Shown one piece after another: positions 51,824-62,998 of a DNA stretch of 64,000 bases. Within the stretch, counting starts at the first letter, position 1. Each line of letters begins with the position of its first letter. The notes under the pieces were generated by a model. That model made no database searches, had not been told where the DNA came from, and saw only the letters and a program-made list of their open reading frames with translations. The position numbers and the translations under genes were made by a program. The stretch is taken from positions 1 to 64,000 of the forward strand of contig NEEC01000020.1 of assembly GCA_002189035.1 (NCBI GenBank), given 5' to 3'. This DNA is from Utricularia gibba. Its lineage: Eukaryota > Plantae > Magnoliophyta.

Positions 51824-52900
51824 CTAGTCGACATAGATGATTCCTTCATCATCAAAATCATCTCTTTCCCGGATTGAATAATCATTGGCTCCATCACGTG
51901 AATCTTCAAGATCATCATCGTCTTCATCGTCCCTGGAACCTTTCCGGGCGTTCTCTTCCTTTAGTCTATCCAAGATAGCAATCACCTGATACAAAAACAT
52001 GGAATGATATGGCGTTCCCATTGCGGGAATGCGGAGAAAGTAAGCAATAGTGAGATTAGTTCCTGAGAGGATGCAAAATCTCACCCTGCTTCCACGTTCC
52101 TGTGCTTCATCTTCTAGGAATCGGATCTCTGGTGTAAGCCGCAACTTCAGCCGCTTTCCCAACTCACTACGAACATACTTTGCCTTCGATTTAAGTCCTG
52201 CTAGAGCAACTTCCTTGCCTCTCTCGTCCCCAAAAACAGATACATACACCTTAACAACCTACGCATCAGCAGTAGAACAGGTGAATGAGATGCCGAATCA
52301 TTCAAAAGATCATTGGAAATGCAACAGAAAGATGGTGGGTTCAGACATCAAATTTTGAACTTCCAAGACATCGAATGATTTTGATAAGAACCACACTTCT
52401 GACATAAATTTCCTAAAGTCTTCTAAAAACACACCGCATTATACTTCAGAAACATTTTTATGTATGTGTTTCATTACCACGACATAGCTAAGGCTGGATC
52501 GTTGCAAACTGCTGATAATTTCATAGATTAAAGAGAAACCTTTTTGGCTATTCTTCAATTCCCTACTTCCCAAGTAAAATTTAAAGCGATTCTATCATAA
52601 GTCAAGTTAACCTGCAAATCAGAAGAGATTTCAACATCGCTGATAGTCGTGAGCGATGATAAGTATCGATCAGCACCCAAGGCAGCTTCTGGCAACACCG
52701 CATATTGCAAAACCTTATCCTTAAGCAGCATATCCGACAGCTCTCTCCGAATCTGCTTCGCTACCATCTTCACCCTCCTCGAATTGGCCATGCATTTTAT
52801 CCTCCCCTTTGAAGAGAAAGTCTGTCGCAATAGCCAATATGCTGCCGCCGGTGAATAACCATCGGAAATGTAAACGAACTCGGAGAAATGACATTGACAT
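51824..52900 (-). CDS. RBF1: Plastid ribosome-binding factor A, 3 exons; N-terminus uncertain or chimeric
   Basis: KCMANSRRVKMVAKQIRRELSDML...ISDVEISSDLQ / VVKVYVSVFGDERGK...LTPEIRF / VIAILDRLK...DEGIIYVD*. No in-frame ATG upstream of the transit-peptide end in this assembly. Confidence 0.9.
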
Positions 52901-53168
52901 GCTCTTCGAATATTTTCTGGAGTTGGTTGTTGGTGACGGCTCTAGGAATGTTACCGATATACAATCTTCTCGCAGCGGGGGAGGACGAGTTTGCGGTTGC
53001 GACAGAAACTGTTTCCGACAAAGCACGGCGTCTTCCGAAGGAAAGAGATTGGGGTTTTGCAAGCAGGAAATTGAGATTCGAGAGAGAAGGTTGGATTTGG
53101 AGGGATTTAGTGGGCTCTTGCTGGAAATTTACAGAAGTTAGGGATAGCGAGCAAGAAAGAGTGGCCAT
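52899..53168 (-). pseudogene. PSRP2: 5' fragment (90 codons) of plastid-specific ribosomal protein 2, joined to RbfA
   Basis: Transit peptide followed by SPAARRLYIGNIPRAVTNNQLQKIFEEH, which matches PSRP2 RRM1 start (AARRVYIGNIPRTVTNEQL...EEH). Nothing after EEH is present. Confidence 0.85.
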
Positions 53169-53404
53169 TGGAGGGAGAGGAGGGATGCGGAGCGGCGACT
53201 GTATTCTATCCGGTGCAGTGCCGGTTCTTCTTCTTCCGGCTCTAACACTGACCGAACCGGAAGGCCCAACAGGGTGAATTTAAAAAGTAACCATCCTACT
53301 GTAATTTTTTACCATTTTATTTCTTAAAGATTCCAGGTGCTCCTTCGCTCTTAGATGCATTTTAGTCCTTTTAACCCGAAAATTGGGGAGCATGTGTCAG
53401 TAAT

Positions 53405-54195
53405 GCATCCCCTTCTGGAGTTCAGCATATCTGAGGCATGTACATACATGGTCTTCAAATCCTTTTGAGGCAGACCAGATTCAATTGCCATCCCCCTGCT
53501 TTTTGGCACACCAAATATTTCAATCAGTTGCAAGCCCTTTCAATTCAAATATTTCATTATTTGGTGCTGCCTCGTATTTCACATACCTGCATTGCTCTTT
53601 TACCTTACTCTGCAGGAGCCTGAGACCAGAAAACAAATAAATGAATGTCCCCTGAGTTTAAGTGACTTGTGAAGCTTGATTGCCACAGCAGCCACTACAT
53701 AGCAAGTGTAGGAAATCAGTCAGCTGAAGTATGTGGAACAAAGATCAGCAGCTTCCTGTAGAAATTGAATATATTTTTGGAATAAGAGAGTGACTACATC
53801 TCCCTCTCACTGCAACTGCAACTGATGGTTCTGCAGTTGCAGGGTGCATGCATAAATTGAAAGTGCACCCTTGGAGTTTTTATGCCTGAGTTCCATCTCA
53901 GCCCATTCACACCAAACTCTGTTTTATAATTAACCTGCACAGCCTTGTCAAAGATCACCCCAGCATCAGCAACATCTCTCATGCAACTTAGTAAATGCAA
54001 CCACCCAAAGGGTATCTATCCTTCATGGGATCAACTGTCCTCACTGCTTCTGTGTAACTACTAATAATTTATTTGTTTGGTGGGATCTTCAAAAACCTTC
54101 ACCCTTCCATGCCACTCTGTGGATTCTGCCTCAAATGCACGCTGTTAGTGTTTGCCAACTCTGGCCTCCTTTCCTCTCCATCAACTCTAGTCATC
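53405..54195 (-). pseudogene. SYF1: Decayed SYF1/XAB2 (HAT-repeat splicing factor) pseudogene fragment
   Basis: Collinear across shifting frames: RPELAN..SV.LRQNP, EWHGRVKVFE, YTEAVRTVDPMK, TLWV.AF.KL.E, VIFDKAVQVNYKT, VWCEWAEMELRHKN.KGAL, KLHKSLKL, KRAMQV, EIFGVPK, AIESGLPQKD, YAEL. Contains stops and large internal deletions. Confidence 0.88.
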
Positions 54196-54549
54196 TTTCT
54201 ACCAAAAAATACATTTATCTTTTAAATATTTAAAATTTGTTAATTTAAATATCGGGGTTGACGTATGAAGCAACGAAACCCCTGAAAAGCGTAATTCGGC
54301 AGAGGACGAAATTCATTTCAGAAAAATAAGCAGTGGGTCACATGGCGGATGGCGTGGTTTAAACAGATAATGGTATTTATTAAGTGAGCGTGTGGGGCCC
54401 ATCTTAGGGGAATATTAATTAAATTCTGTGTTGAAAATGTTACCGTACAAGGTACTACTACTACTGCTCCTATTATTACTCGACTCGGTCACCCCCGCAC
54501 GGCAGTCAAGAATCGAACCTTTTTTTTATTTATTTTTTCGCCGGGAATC

Positions 54550-54926
54550 ATGGGAAGATCTATCAGGATCCCTCGTCATATCCTCCGTTTCCGGCGAGTT
54601 CTCTGCTCATGGCGGCGGATCCCCGATATGGGTCTCCCTCCCGACGTCCCCCAAGGCCACGTGGCGGTTTCTGTCGGGATCAGTTGCCGGCGTTTCGTAT
54701 TCCCGGCGACCCACCTCAACCACCCTGTTTTCCGGGACTTCTCCGCCTTGCGGAGGAAGAGTACGGGTTCGGTAGTTACTCCGGGCCGCTGGCGATCCCC
54801 TGCTGCGACGAGTCTCTCTTCGAAGAGATCCTGGTAGGCGTGTCCCGAGGGGAATCCTCGAACGTCCTCCTCCGACTGTGTCAGGCCGCCGGCGTGATGA
54901 ACGAGGAGGCGCAGGAGCAAAGGTAA
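54550..54926 (+). CDS. SAUR: SAUR auxin-responsive protein
   Basis: DVPQGHVAVSVG...RRFV.PATHLNHPVF, then (after a missing G at about 54735) LLRLAEEEYGF...GPLAIPC. Confidence 0.87.
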
Positions 54927-56340
54927 TGCGACGGCAGGTGTGGGGCCCTTGATTGGAGAGTGATGATGCGGTTTCCATTTTGATGATGCTGCGTTGGATT
55001 TCCATTTGTTCTTTTTTCTTTGGGTTTGCGACTGATGGATATCGACTATCGTCCAGTCCGCCGCGCGTCGTGTCTCCTGCTCCTGTAGAAGACGTGCTTT
55101 ATTTGTAAACGTCTTCTTCTACTACCATTTAAATGCTCCACTTCCAAAAAACTATCATCATACATAAACCCCAAACTTCAATTTTCAACACACTTGTTTG
55201 TTCTTTCAGAGGTTTGCAGGCATGACTGCTTGTGATATCCGCCCTTTATGGGCGGGCCTTTTATTTTCATCTGGATCTATACTGGGCCGCCAACCCAATG
55301 GGCTTCAGCTTCAATGATCCCTAATTCCTGTGACCTTGGTCCTCCTCATCCCACGCCCACGGTAATCGTTCCATCTCAGCTGGCATCAGAAAAACAACGC
55401 TGCTCGGACGTGACAGAAAGATAGCAACTTGGGGAAAAATAAAAGCAGTGCGCCATTTGCTCTTGGGCCTTTAGCAGTGGTACGGTAGAGGAGAAGAAGA
55501 TATGTTGGGATGAGGACAATGGGATGGGATGAGACCGGGAGGGAGGAAAGGGTAGGTAGCACATGGTAAAGCCAAAATTCCAGGTCATTTGTAGAGCAGA
55601 GCTGAGCTCTCCTCTGGGTTCTTGTTATGCTCGCGTTTGTGTGTGGCTGTGGAGATGATGGTGCCTGGGACCCCCTCCAAAATATCAGACTCGCTGACTA
55701 TTCAACGCGCTCGCACACCGGGTACTAAAAAAGTACACCAAAATGGTATCGTATTGGTGACCAGTGACGGGCGACCAGCGACCCCCTCCCTGCATTAAAA
55801 TTCACTTCCATATCACACGCAAATATCCGACACATGTTCGACGGATTGCCGAGGCGCTGGGGGGGAACCAGCGGGGCCCCTCATCCAGGCCATGTGGCCG
55901 TTGAGGTCTACCCATCATTGATACGACGCCGTATCATCATGGGGTACGTCCAGAAATCACCCGTCCGGATTGCTAGATATTATTTTCACCTCAGTTCTTC
56001 TCTTCCTGCTTCGTCACCCCGGGTGTATTCACACCGTTAAATAAATGCATGGGGTTGGTTGTTTGTATCTGGGTTGCCAGCTCTGGAGAAGCAATGCTCC
56101 GGGTTGTTATTGTGGAGATTATACCAAAAAAAATTCTTCAACTTCCGGGCACATTCCTTTAAGCTTCTGCCCTCCCTCTATATATACATACACCGCGCTC
56201 TTCTTCTCCACACTCACTTGAGACCATCATCTTCTTCCCCCACCCTGTCATCTCCTCAACACATTATCATCATCTTCATCTTCTTCTTCTTCATCACGCT
56301 GCCTTGCCCCTTCCAATTTTCCAGTTGTGTAAATCGGGAT

Positions 56341-56646
56341 ATGGGAATCAAGTTTGCTGGGATCAGGAAGAAGCTGCAGAGCCGAGTTTCCAACAATGCC
56401 AATCTCTCCGCAGCCGCGGAAGCCGCGGCATCCTCCATCGACGTCCCCAAGGGGCATTTCACGGTCTACGTCGGAGAAGCTCACCGGAGATTCGTGGTGC
56501 CCTTGTCGTTCTTGAGTCAGCCATCCTTCATGGAGCTACTGCATTTGGCCGAGGAAGAGTTCGGGTTCAATCACCCAATGGGGGGCATCACGATCCCATG
56601 CACCGAGGACTACTTCATAAACCTAACGCACTTGTTGAAATGCTGA
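56341..56646 (+). CDS. SAUR: SAUR auxin-responsive protein
   Basis: DVPKGHFTVYVGEAHRRFVVPLSFLSQPSFMELLHLAEEEFGFNHPMGGITIPC. Confidence 0.95.
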   Translation: MGIKFAGIRKKLQSRVSNNANLSAAAEAAASSIDVPKGHFTVYVGEAHRRFVVPLSFLSQPSFMELLHLAEEEFGFNHPMGGITIPCTEDYFINLTHLLKC

Positions 56647-57617
56647 TCCGAACTGCACCCCAAACAACTCAACAACCGAGATGGGAGAAAGGAAGCCATT
56701 CAACCCCATGGCTGGCATTGTGTGTTTCAGTGTGTCTATCTGCTGGGGGCAATGTAATTGATTCTTATCATCAAATCAATAAAAAATTATATTCGTTCAT
56801 TGTTCACTTCCAATTCCAACGAGATGGTGCAGTGCAGAGCACGTACAGTACAGCCCTCGCCCACAATGCATGGGAGGATGATTGCATACGACATCATCAC
56901 GCATGTCCTTGCGGGCACGAGAAACGGATATTTGTGAATGTTTGGTCCTCGTGCTTCGGTTAACAAACGTTCCAAAGTTTCTTTTTTTTTTTTTTTGTTG
57001 TAGAAGAGTGAGTGAGAGGATATTATTATGCAGCTGGAGAAGGATTGATTCTGTGGATACGGAATACGGAGCGGAGTTGTCGTGGACGAGAATGAATATC
57101 AAAAACCAGCAGAGCAAATAAATATCGAGAGCCACGAAAGATATTAAAGGAATAAATATCAAAGGCCAGAAGAAATATTAAAATAGGTAAATATCAAGGA
57201 CCACAAAAGATATTAATCCCCATAAATATCAAGGGCCAGAAATATCTTGTGGCGACAGACAACAGTGGTACGGTTGTGCGGCATTTAAAATCCCGCTGGT
57301 AAGGGAGCAGCGCACATGATGTCGCGCCACTGCCACAGCTAACAAGTCTTGTCACTCCCTTTCTTTTTTGTCCTTTAACGCATATATTCAAAATAAACTC
57401 ACAGGTCTTCGTCTCAATTTTTTTGGGCCTTCAATGGGTCTCTGATGTGACCGCCAGTTTTCGAGAATGAAACCTCGCTACATGGATCACGCGCAATGCA
57501 AAAAATAGAATGGCCACAGCCCACAGTCCGTGGGAATAGGAGTGGAGTTTGGGCTCTCATCTCACAACAAGCTGCATCTTGGTATTGGTTCCGAGTTGCA
57601 GGAAAGCCCTTGTCCAA

Positions 57618-58964
57618 TTCAACACCCGAAGGGAGGCCTTGTGCATCACCGCAGGCCTGTGGGATTTATCTTGGGATTTCATGTAGTGGTAGCAGAAGTC
57701 ATATCAGTTGAAGGCCAGAGTCCGTGGCCCAATGCTACAAGAAGATGGCCTCTGCTATTAAGAACCTGCAGCATTTGGATGCATGCACAAATACATGGTC
57801 TTTTATGATAAATCATCTCACGAGGACATTAAAATGATCTTTCATGACAAGCTTTGAATCAACAACAGTTCCCTGGAGAATGGCATAAATACATGATGAT
57901 GTTGTAGAAGAATAACATGAAGAACCCAGTGAGCACAGCTCAAGAACCTTGCAACTCCCAATGCAACTCACTATATGAGCTTGCTATGTTTCAAGCTTTT
58001 TTTCCAGGAAAGAGCACCTTTGTGTTTTGCATGATGGTAAAACAGAAATAGCTTCTAGATAGACACCGAAAGCCCATGCCACCCGGTTCGCAATACGATG
58101 ATGGGTCGACGGGTGGTGAATTAAGCTGGCCAAAACAGCACATGGAACAATCTGAAAACCAGCCTGCTTCCTTTTTGAATCATGACTGACACATGGAAGA
58201 ATAGTCAGATTTACCATGAATCAACACAGCGCATGAAAAAGGGTAAGGCAAAGAAAAGGAAGCTGACATACCACAAAATACGAGGCAAAATTATCCTTGT
58301 CCTTCATACAGCTTGAACGTAATTAAAATTGGATCATGTAAATGGTCCACAAGGTTGTTATCCTTGTCCCCAATTGGATGCATCCCATAAATATATGCGA
58401 TAATGAAACCCGGAAAGGATTCCAAACCTGTAGAGGGGGAATGAATAGTTGAATTTACTCAGAAAGTAGAGCCAGAGCAAAGAAAGAAAAAGAAAAAAAT
58501 GAGCCGGGTGAATACCAGAGTCACCTAAACTTCACCCCGGGGATCGAAAACGTTACCGAAAAGGATAAATGTTTTTAACATCAGTTGGATAAAGCATCAA
58601 AATATGGACCCAACAGCCGTAGATGGAGGGCATTACAATAATTGAGCAATTTCAAAGCCACCCAATTCCCAATCTTGCAACGGCAAATTCGGAAGATATA
58701 ATATACCGCACAACGAGAAGCATTTTATCAACCACGACCTACCCGCGCAGGTCTTCTTCTTCATCAGTTTGTAAATAAGAAGAGATATTCCAAAGGAGTG
58801 CACAATCTCCGCAACTACGAAGAGATCGTCATGATCGTGAGCGATGCCTCATAGAAGCACAAGCGTAGGCATGCCGCTGATAATGGCGAGAAATGCCTTC
58901 CCTTGGGCGACTGCCGCTTCACCCACGCCGTTACAGGACGGACCGGTTTCCTCAATGAGCTCAT
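57618..58964 (-). pseudogene. Intron-containing ERD2-like (ER lumen protein-retaining receptor family) pseudogene
   Basis: MSSLRKPV..VTAWVKRQSPK, AHDHDDLFV.AE.VHSFGIS.LIYKLMK.KTCA, TTLW.IYMI.F*LRSS.M.DKDNF, IVPCAVLA.LIH.PSTHH.I.NR..WAF.VYLEAISVLP, ALGVARFLSCAHWVL, GHGLWPS, DFCYHYMKS, LPSGV. Premature TGA at 58849-58851 and TAA at 58323-58325, plus frameshifts and deletions. Confidence 0.9.
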
Positions 58965-60412
58965 GGCGTAAACCCAGCGTTTCGCGAAAGAACACAAAAA
59001 ACGCGGTACGATTTGCCTTGCCATGAATGGCAGCTCCAAAATTTGAAAAAGGCCAGGATTCTTCTCCTCCACCAGAAACAAACCCCCAAGGCCCATTTCA
59101 AAGCTGCCCCCGACGGGCCCGGGTGAATCTCACAAGCCCGAGCAGGCCCAAATTAATTGAACAACTGAATTGTGTTGCTCCTCCTCCCTCCCTCCGCAGC
59201 AGGCCTTTCTTTGCCTTTTGGGGCGTTGACAAGTTGAGTCCCGCTTTTCTAATCAGCACGTGTGCCTCCTCCGCCATAGTTCATACTATCTGGTCAAGAA
59301 GTCGAAGGTAGAAGGGTCATGGGCATGCATGCATATCAGAGTCTTACTATTCTTCATTGTGGACGCCAAGGGAGTCTTAGAATCCAGTTGAATTGGGAGG
59401 ACAGGCGTGCCCAGGAATCAATGGTGGGCGGGGGACTCTCTGCCTTTCGCGTTGGGCCCACGTGTCCCATTCCTTTGTACCATGCCTCCTCGCCCCGCCC
59501 CGCCTGCTTAGAGTTGGTGGCTAGTAAATTCTCATGCATTTCTTTCTTTTCATCTGTTTCTTTCTAATGTTGTCTGATACAGCACGGCACGTATGCCATT
59601 CTGATTAGGAGGGAGGGAGGGAGGGAGTGACTGGGAGGTATCATCATCATCATCATCTTCTTGTTATTGTTGGGAAACTCTTAATTCCCACTTCGCCCCC
59701 TTTCCCTTCTCACCTGAATCCCATAAACAGCAAAACAAAACAGTTGGAGATACGGAGTTAATCGGTTGAAGCGGGCATCCAAGATGTTGCAGAGCGGCGG
59801 AGTATGCAATAAATGGCACATGGCGTCTGCGTTCAGCACACCACCGGATCTGCAGAGTTGGTGGCGAGTCGAATCCGACGGTTTGGAATGGATCTCTTGA
59901 AATCTCAACCCCAACAACCCCGCATCCCCATTCGGACCCCGAATCGAATCAAACGGATGGCCACCGAAATAAATAAATAAATAATAATGCTAAAAAGATG
60001 ATGATACCCTTCACGGGGCATGCCACGCGGCGACTAGACGCTGTGGCACCCAACCCCACCGCTTTCCAGCCCTTGCGTTTCCAACCTCTCCAACTCCAAG
60101 CCAACTACGTCAACACACCCGCAACTTGGCACTTCCTTTGGATGGAGAATTCACTGGAGATAAGGAGGGAGGGTTACGTGCCCAACTTGCCACTTCCTTG
60201 TTGGTGGAAAGGTCCAAACTGCCCTCCTCCCCCCCTCTTTACGTTTCTACGACCACCTCCAACGCTGCTCTGCTTTGGGCGCCGCGGTCCAGGTCCGGGT
60301 CCGAGAAGGCGTGTAAAATGAGATGGCACGAAATTGGGAAATTAGGGTACCGAGGTGGATCCCACAGGGGATGCCTCGCCCTCGCACTCCACCGCCCCAC
60401 CCCCACCCCGGG

Positions 60413-60419
60413 TATAAAA
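60413..60419 (+). promoter_or_regulatory. TATA box of ADC
   Basis: TATAAAA in a GC-rich context, about 460 bp upstream of the ADC ATG and followed by a pyrimidine-rich leader. Confidence 0.65.
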
Positions 60420-60545
60420 CGGCGGCGTGGCCTCATGCAAATCTCGCTCTCTTTCTTTCCATCCCTAAAACCAGCCGCTGCTGCATCTCCGCCTCTTCTT
60501 CTTCCTCCATTCCTCTCTCCCTTTCTCTAGGTCTCCGAGATCTGC

Positions 60546-60584
60546 ATGGTCGGATTCCTCTTCCTCTCTGGGAATTGGTGCTGA
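60546..60584 (+). promoter_or_regulatory. Short uORF (MVGFLFLSGNWC*) in the ADC 5' leader
   Basis: ATG at 60546 to TGA at 60582-60584, between the TATA box and the main ATG. Confidence 0.45.
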
Positions 60585-60723
60585 TTCAGGTTACTCCGGC
60601 TTTTCCCACGCTTCCTTTCAATACCATTTCTTCTGAAGGGTAGGTGTGGGGATTTCGGGTTCCTGTATTCGTGGTTGTGGCTGCTCACTTGCTGTGACTT
60701 GGATCTATTCCTGCTTCTTTTGA

Positions 60724-60766
60724 GGGGGTAGCCGGGGCTCCGGCCTCGGCGGGTTTCAAAGCCCCC
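60724..60766 (+). promoter_or_regulatory. GC-rich structured element in the ADC 5' leader
   Basis: GGGGGU (60724-60729) can pair with GCCCCC (60761-60766). It encloses the hairpin GCCGG-GGCU-CCGGC (60731-60744). Confidence 0.55.
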
Positions 60767-60877
60767 ACCTATACAGCCGTCGTTCAAATTTCGACTCTTT
60801 TTGCTCCTATCATTCTTTTGATTCTTTGTTTCACCCCTATCGAGACAAGAATAGGTAGATCCTAGATCAGGGAAGAA

Positions 60878-62998
60878 ATGTCTGCCCCCGCTTGCTGCGT
60901 AGATTCTGCCGTTCCGCCTCCTCCCTACGCTTTCGCGAGTTGGGATAGCGCTCTTCCCGCTCCAGCGCAGGCCGCCGCCTGGTCGACCCTCCATTCTTCG
61001 TTACTCTACCGTGTTGATGGCTGGGGTGCGCCATACTTCACCATTAACTCCACCGGTAATGTCTCCGTTCGCCCTTATGGCGTTAAAAGCTTAGCCCACC
61101 AAGAAATTGATCTTCTCAAGGTCGTGAAGAAGGCCTCCGGCCCCAAGTCTTCTGGCGGTTTAGGGCTGCAGTTTCCCATTGTTGTTCGATTCCCAGATGT
61201 TCTAAGGAACCGCCTTGAGTCTCTCCAATCTTCTTTTGACTATGCCATCCAGTCCCAAGGTTACGGGTCTCACTACCAGGGTGTTTTTCCTGTGAAATGC
61301 AATCAAGATAAATTTTTGGTCGAAGATATTGTTAATTTTGGTTCCAGTTTTCGTTTCGGGCTTGAAGCTGGATCCAAGCCCGAGCTCCTTTTGGCCATGA
61401 GTTGTTTATGCAATGGCAGCCCTGAAGCTCTGTTGGTGTGCAATGGTTTCAAGGATATGGAATACATTTCTCTCGCTTTAGTCGGTCGGAAGCTGCATCT
61501 CAATACAGTCATTGTTCTTGAGCAAGAGGAGGAACTCGATACCGTGATCATGGCAAGTAAGAACCTTGGCATCCGCCCCGTGATTGGTATGCGTGCTAAA
61601 CTCAGGACCAACCATTCGGGGCATTTTGGTTCTACATCCGGTGAAAAAGGCAAATTTGGCCTGACGACAACACAAATTCTTCGAGTTGTTAAAAAGTTGC
61701 AGCAGTACGAAATGTTGGATTGCTTGCAGCTGCTGCATTTTCACATTGGATCGCAGATCCCTGATACGGCTCTACTCTCAGCTGCTGTTGTCGAAGCTGC
61801 CCAAATTTACTCCGAGCTTGTTCGTCTTGGTGCTTCTATGAAAATCATTGATATCGGTGGAGGCCTTGGGATTGATTACGATGGCTCAAAATCTGTTGAT
61901 TCTGAAATCTCCGTTGGGTACACCCTGCAGCAATACGCTTCTGCTGTTGTGCAAGCTGTTCGGGCTGTTTGTGATACCAAGAGTATCAAGCATCCAATAA
62001 TTTGCAGCGAAAGCGGTCGTGCAATCGTGTCTCATCATTCTATCTTGGTGTTCGAGGCTTTTTCAGCAAACCAAGTACATTCCTCGCAAATTTCCCCACA
62101 TGAGCTTACGCATTTTCTGGGAAATCTCACCGATGATCTGCATTCTGACTACGAGAGTATGTCGGCTGCTGCGTTTCACGGTGAATGGGATAAATGTTTG
62201 ATCCATGCAGAGCAGCTGAAGCAACGATGCATTGATCAGTTCAGAGAAGGGCGTCTGGGGATCGAAGAACTTGCTGCTGCTGACGGCCTTTCTGAGGTGT
62301 TTTCCAAGGCCATGGGTGTTTCTGATGCAGTTGCCACGTACCACGTAAACCTGTCGATTTTCACTTCAATCCCAGACTTCTGGGCGATCGAGCAGTTGTT
62401 CCCCATCATCCCTATCCACAGGCTGAACGAAAAGCCTTCTGTTAGAGGAATTTTATCAGATTTGACATGTGACAGTGATGGGAAAATCGACAAGTTCATT
62501 GGCGGTGAATCGAGCTTGCCGTTGCATGAACTGAGGGGCAGCGACAGTGGGGGTTATTATCTTGGAATGTTCTTAGGTGGGGCTTACGAGGAGGCCATTG
62601 GAGGGCTCCACAACCTGTTCGGTGGTCCAAGCGTGGTGCGCGTCACCCAGAGCGATGGACCACAAGGCTTCGCAGTGATCGGCGCCCTTCCAGGTGCGTG
62701 TTGCAGTGACGTCCTCCGTGTGATGCAGTATGAGCCCCAGCTGATGTTCCAGACCCTGAAGCACCGGTTGGAGGAGTGCTCCGATGACAGTGATGACGAC
62801 TCCCTGATCGCCGACGGCATCGCCCGCTGTTTCAACAAGATGCCTTATTTAACCTCAGCAGACTCCTGCAGCCTGACAGCTGCTTCTTGCGGTGGTATTA
62901 GCAATGGTTACTACGACTTCAGCGACGATGGGTTCCAGTCATCATCCCCGGGTGATGCCGCCGATGAAGAGCAGTGGTCGGCGTTCTGCGTCGCTTGA
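60878..62998 (+). CDS. ADC: Arginine decarboxylase, intronless
   Basis: 706 aa. [15 protein letters not shown]-lysine motif [60 protein letters not shown]. Confidence 0.98.
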   Translation: MSAPACCVDSAVPPPPYAFASWDSALPAPAQAAAWSTLHSSLLYRVDGWGAPYFTINSTGNVSVRPYGVKSLAHQEIDLLKVVKKASGPKSSGGLGLQFPIVVRFPDVLRNRLESLQSSFDYAIQSQGYGSHYQGVFPVKCNQDKFLVEDIVNFGSSFRFGLEAGSKPELLLAMSCLCNGSPEALLVCNGFKDMEYISLALVGRKLHLNTVIVLEQEEELDTVIMASKNLGIRPVIGMRAKLRTNHSGHFGSTSGEKGKFGLTTTQILRVVKKLQQYEMLDCLQLLHFHIGSQIPDTALLSAAVVEAAQIYSELVRLGASMKIIDIGGGLGIDYDGSKSVDSEISVGYTLQQYASAVVQAVRAVCDTKSIKHPIICSESGRAIVSHHSILVFEAFSANQVHSSQISPHELTHFLGNLTDDLHSDYESMSAAAFHGEWDKCLIHAEQLKQRCIDQFREGRLGIEELAAADGLSEVFSKAMGVSDAVATYHVNLSIFTSIPDFWAIEQLFPIIPIHRLNEKPSVRGILSDLTCDSDGKIDKFIGGESSLPLHELRGSDSGGYYLGMFLGGAYEEAIGGLHNLFGGPSVVRVTQSDGPQGFAVIGALPGACCSDVLRVMQYEPQLMFQTLKHRLEECSDDSDDDSLIADGIARCFNKMPYLTSADSCSLTAASCGGISNGYYDFSDDGFQSSSPGDAADEEQWSAFCVA

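Noticed and set aside
21432-54736. About ten one-base frameshifts in otherwise intact genes (ALDH10 ~21433, ATP11 ~23278, Agenet ~31199 and ~31636, MDH ~33812 and ~34052, PPR ~36042, DUF761-like ~41016, SAUR ~54735), considered as pseudogenisation, programmed frameshifting or insertional editing
   Set aside because: All are single-base losses in G or A runs, with no accompanying stops or divergence. This is the typical long-read consensus error. Short-read polishing would settle it.
55834-56040. Third SAUR remnant (PHPGHVAVEV)
   Set aside because: Only a 5-residue match; the downstream SAUR core (L..AEEE.GF, IPC) is absent.
18615-62998. Polyamine gene cluster (ADC plus ALDH10)
   Set aside because: The genes are about 40 kb apart with many unrelated genes between, so chance linkage is sufficient.
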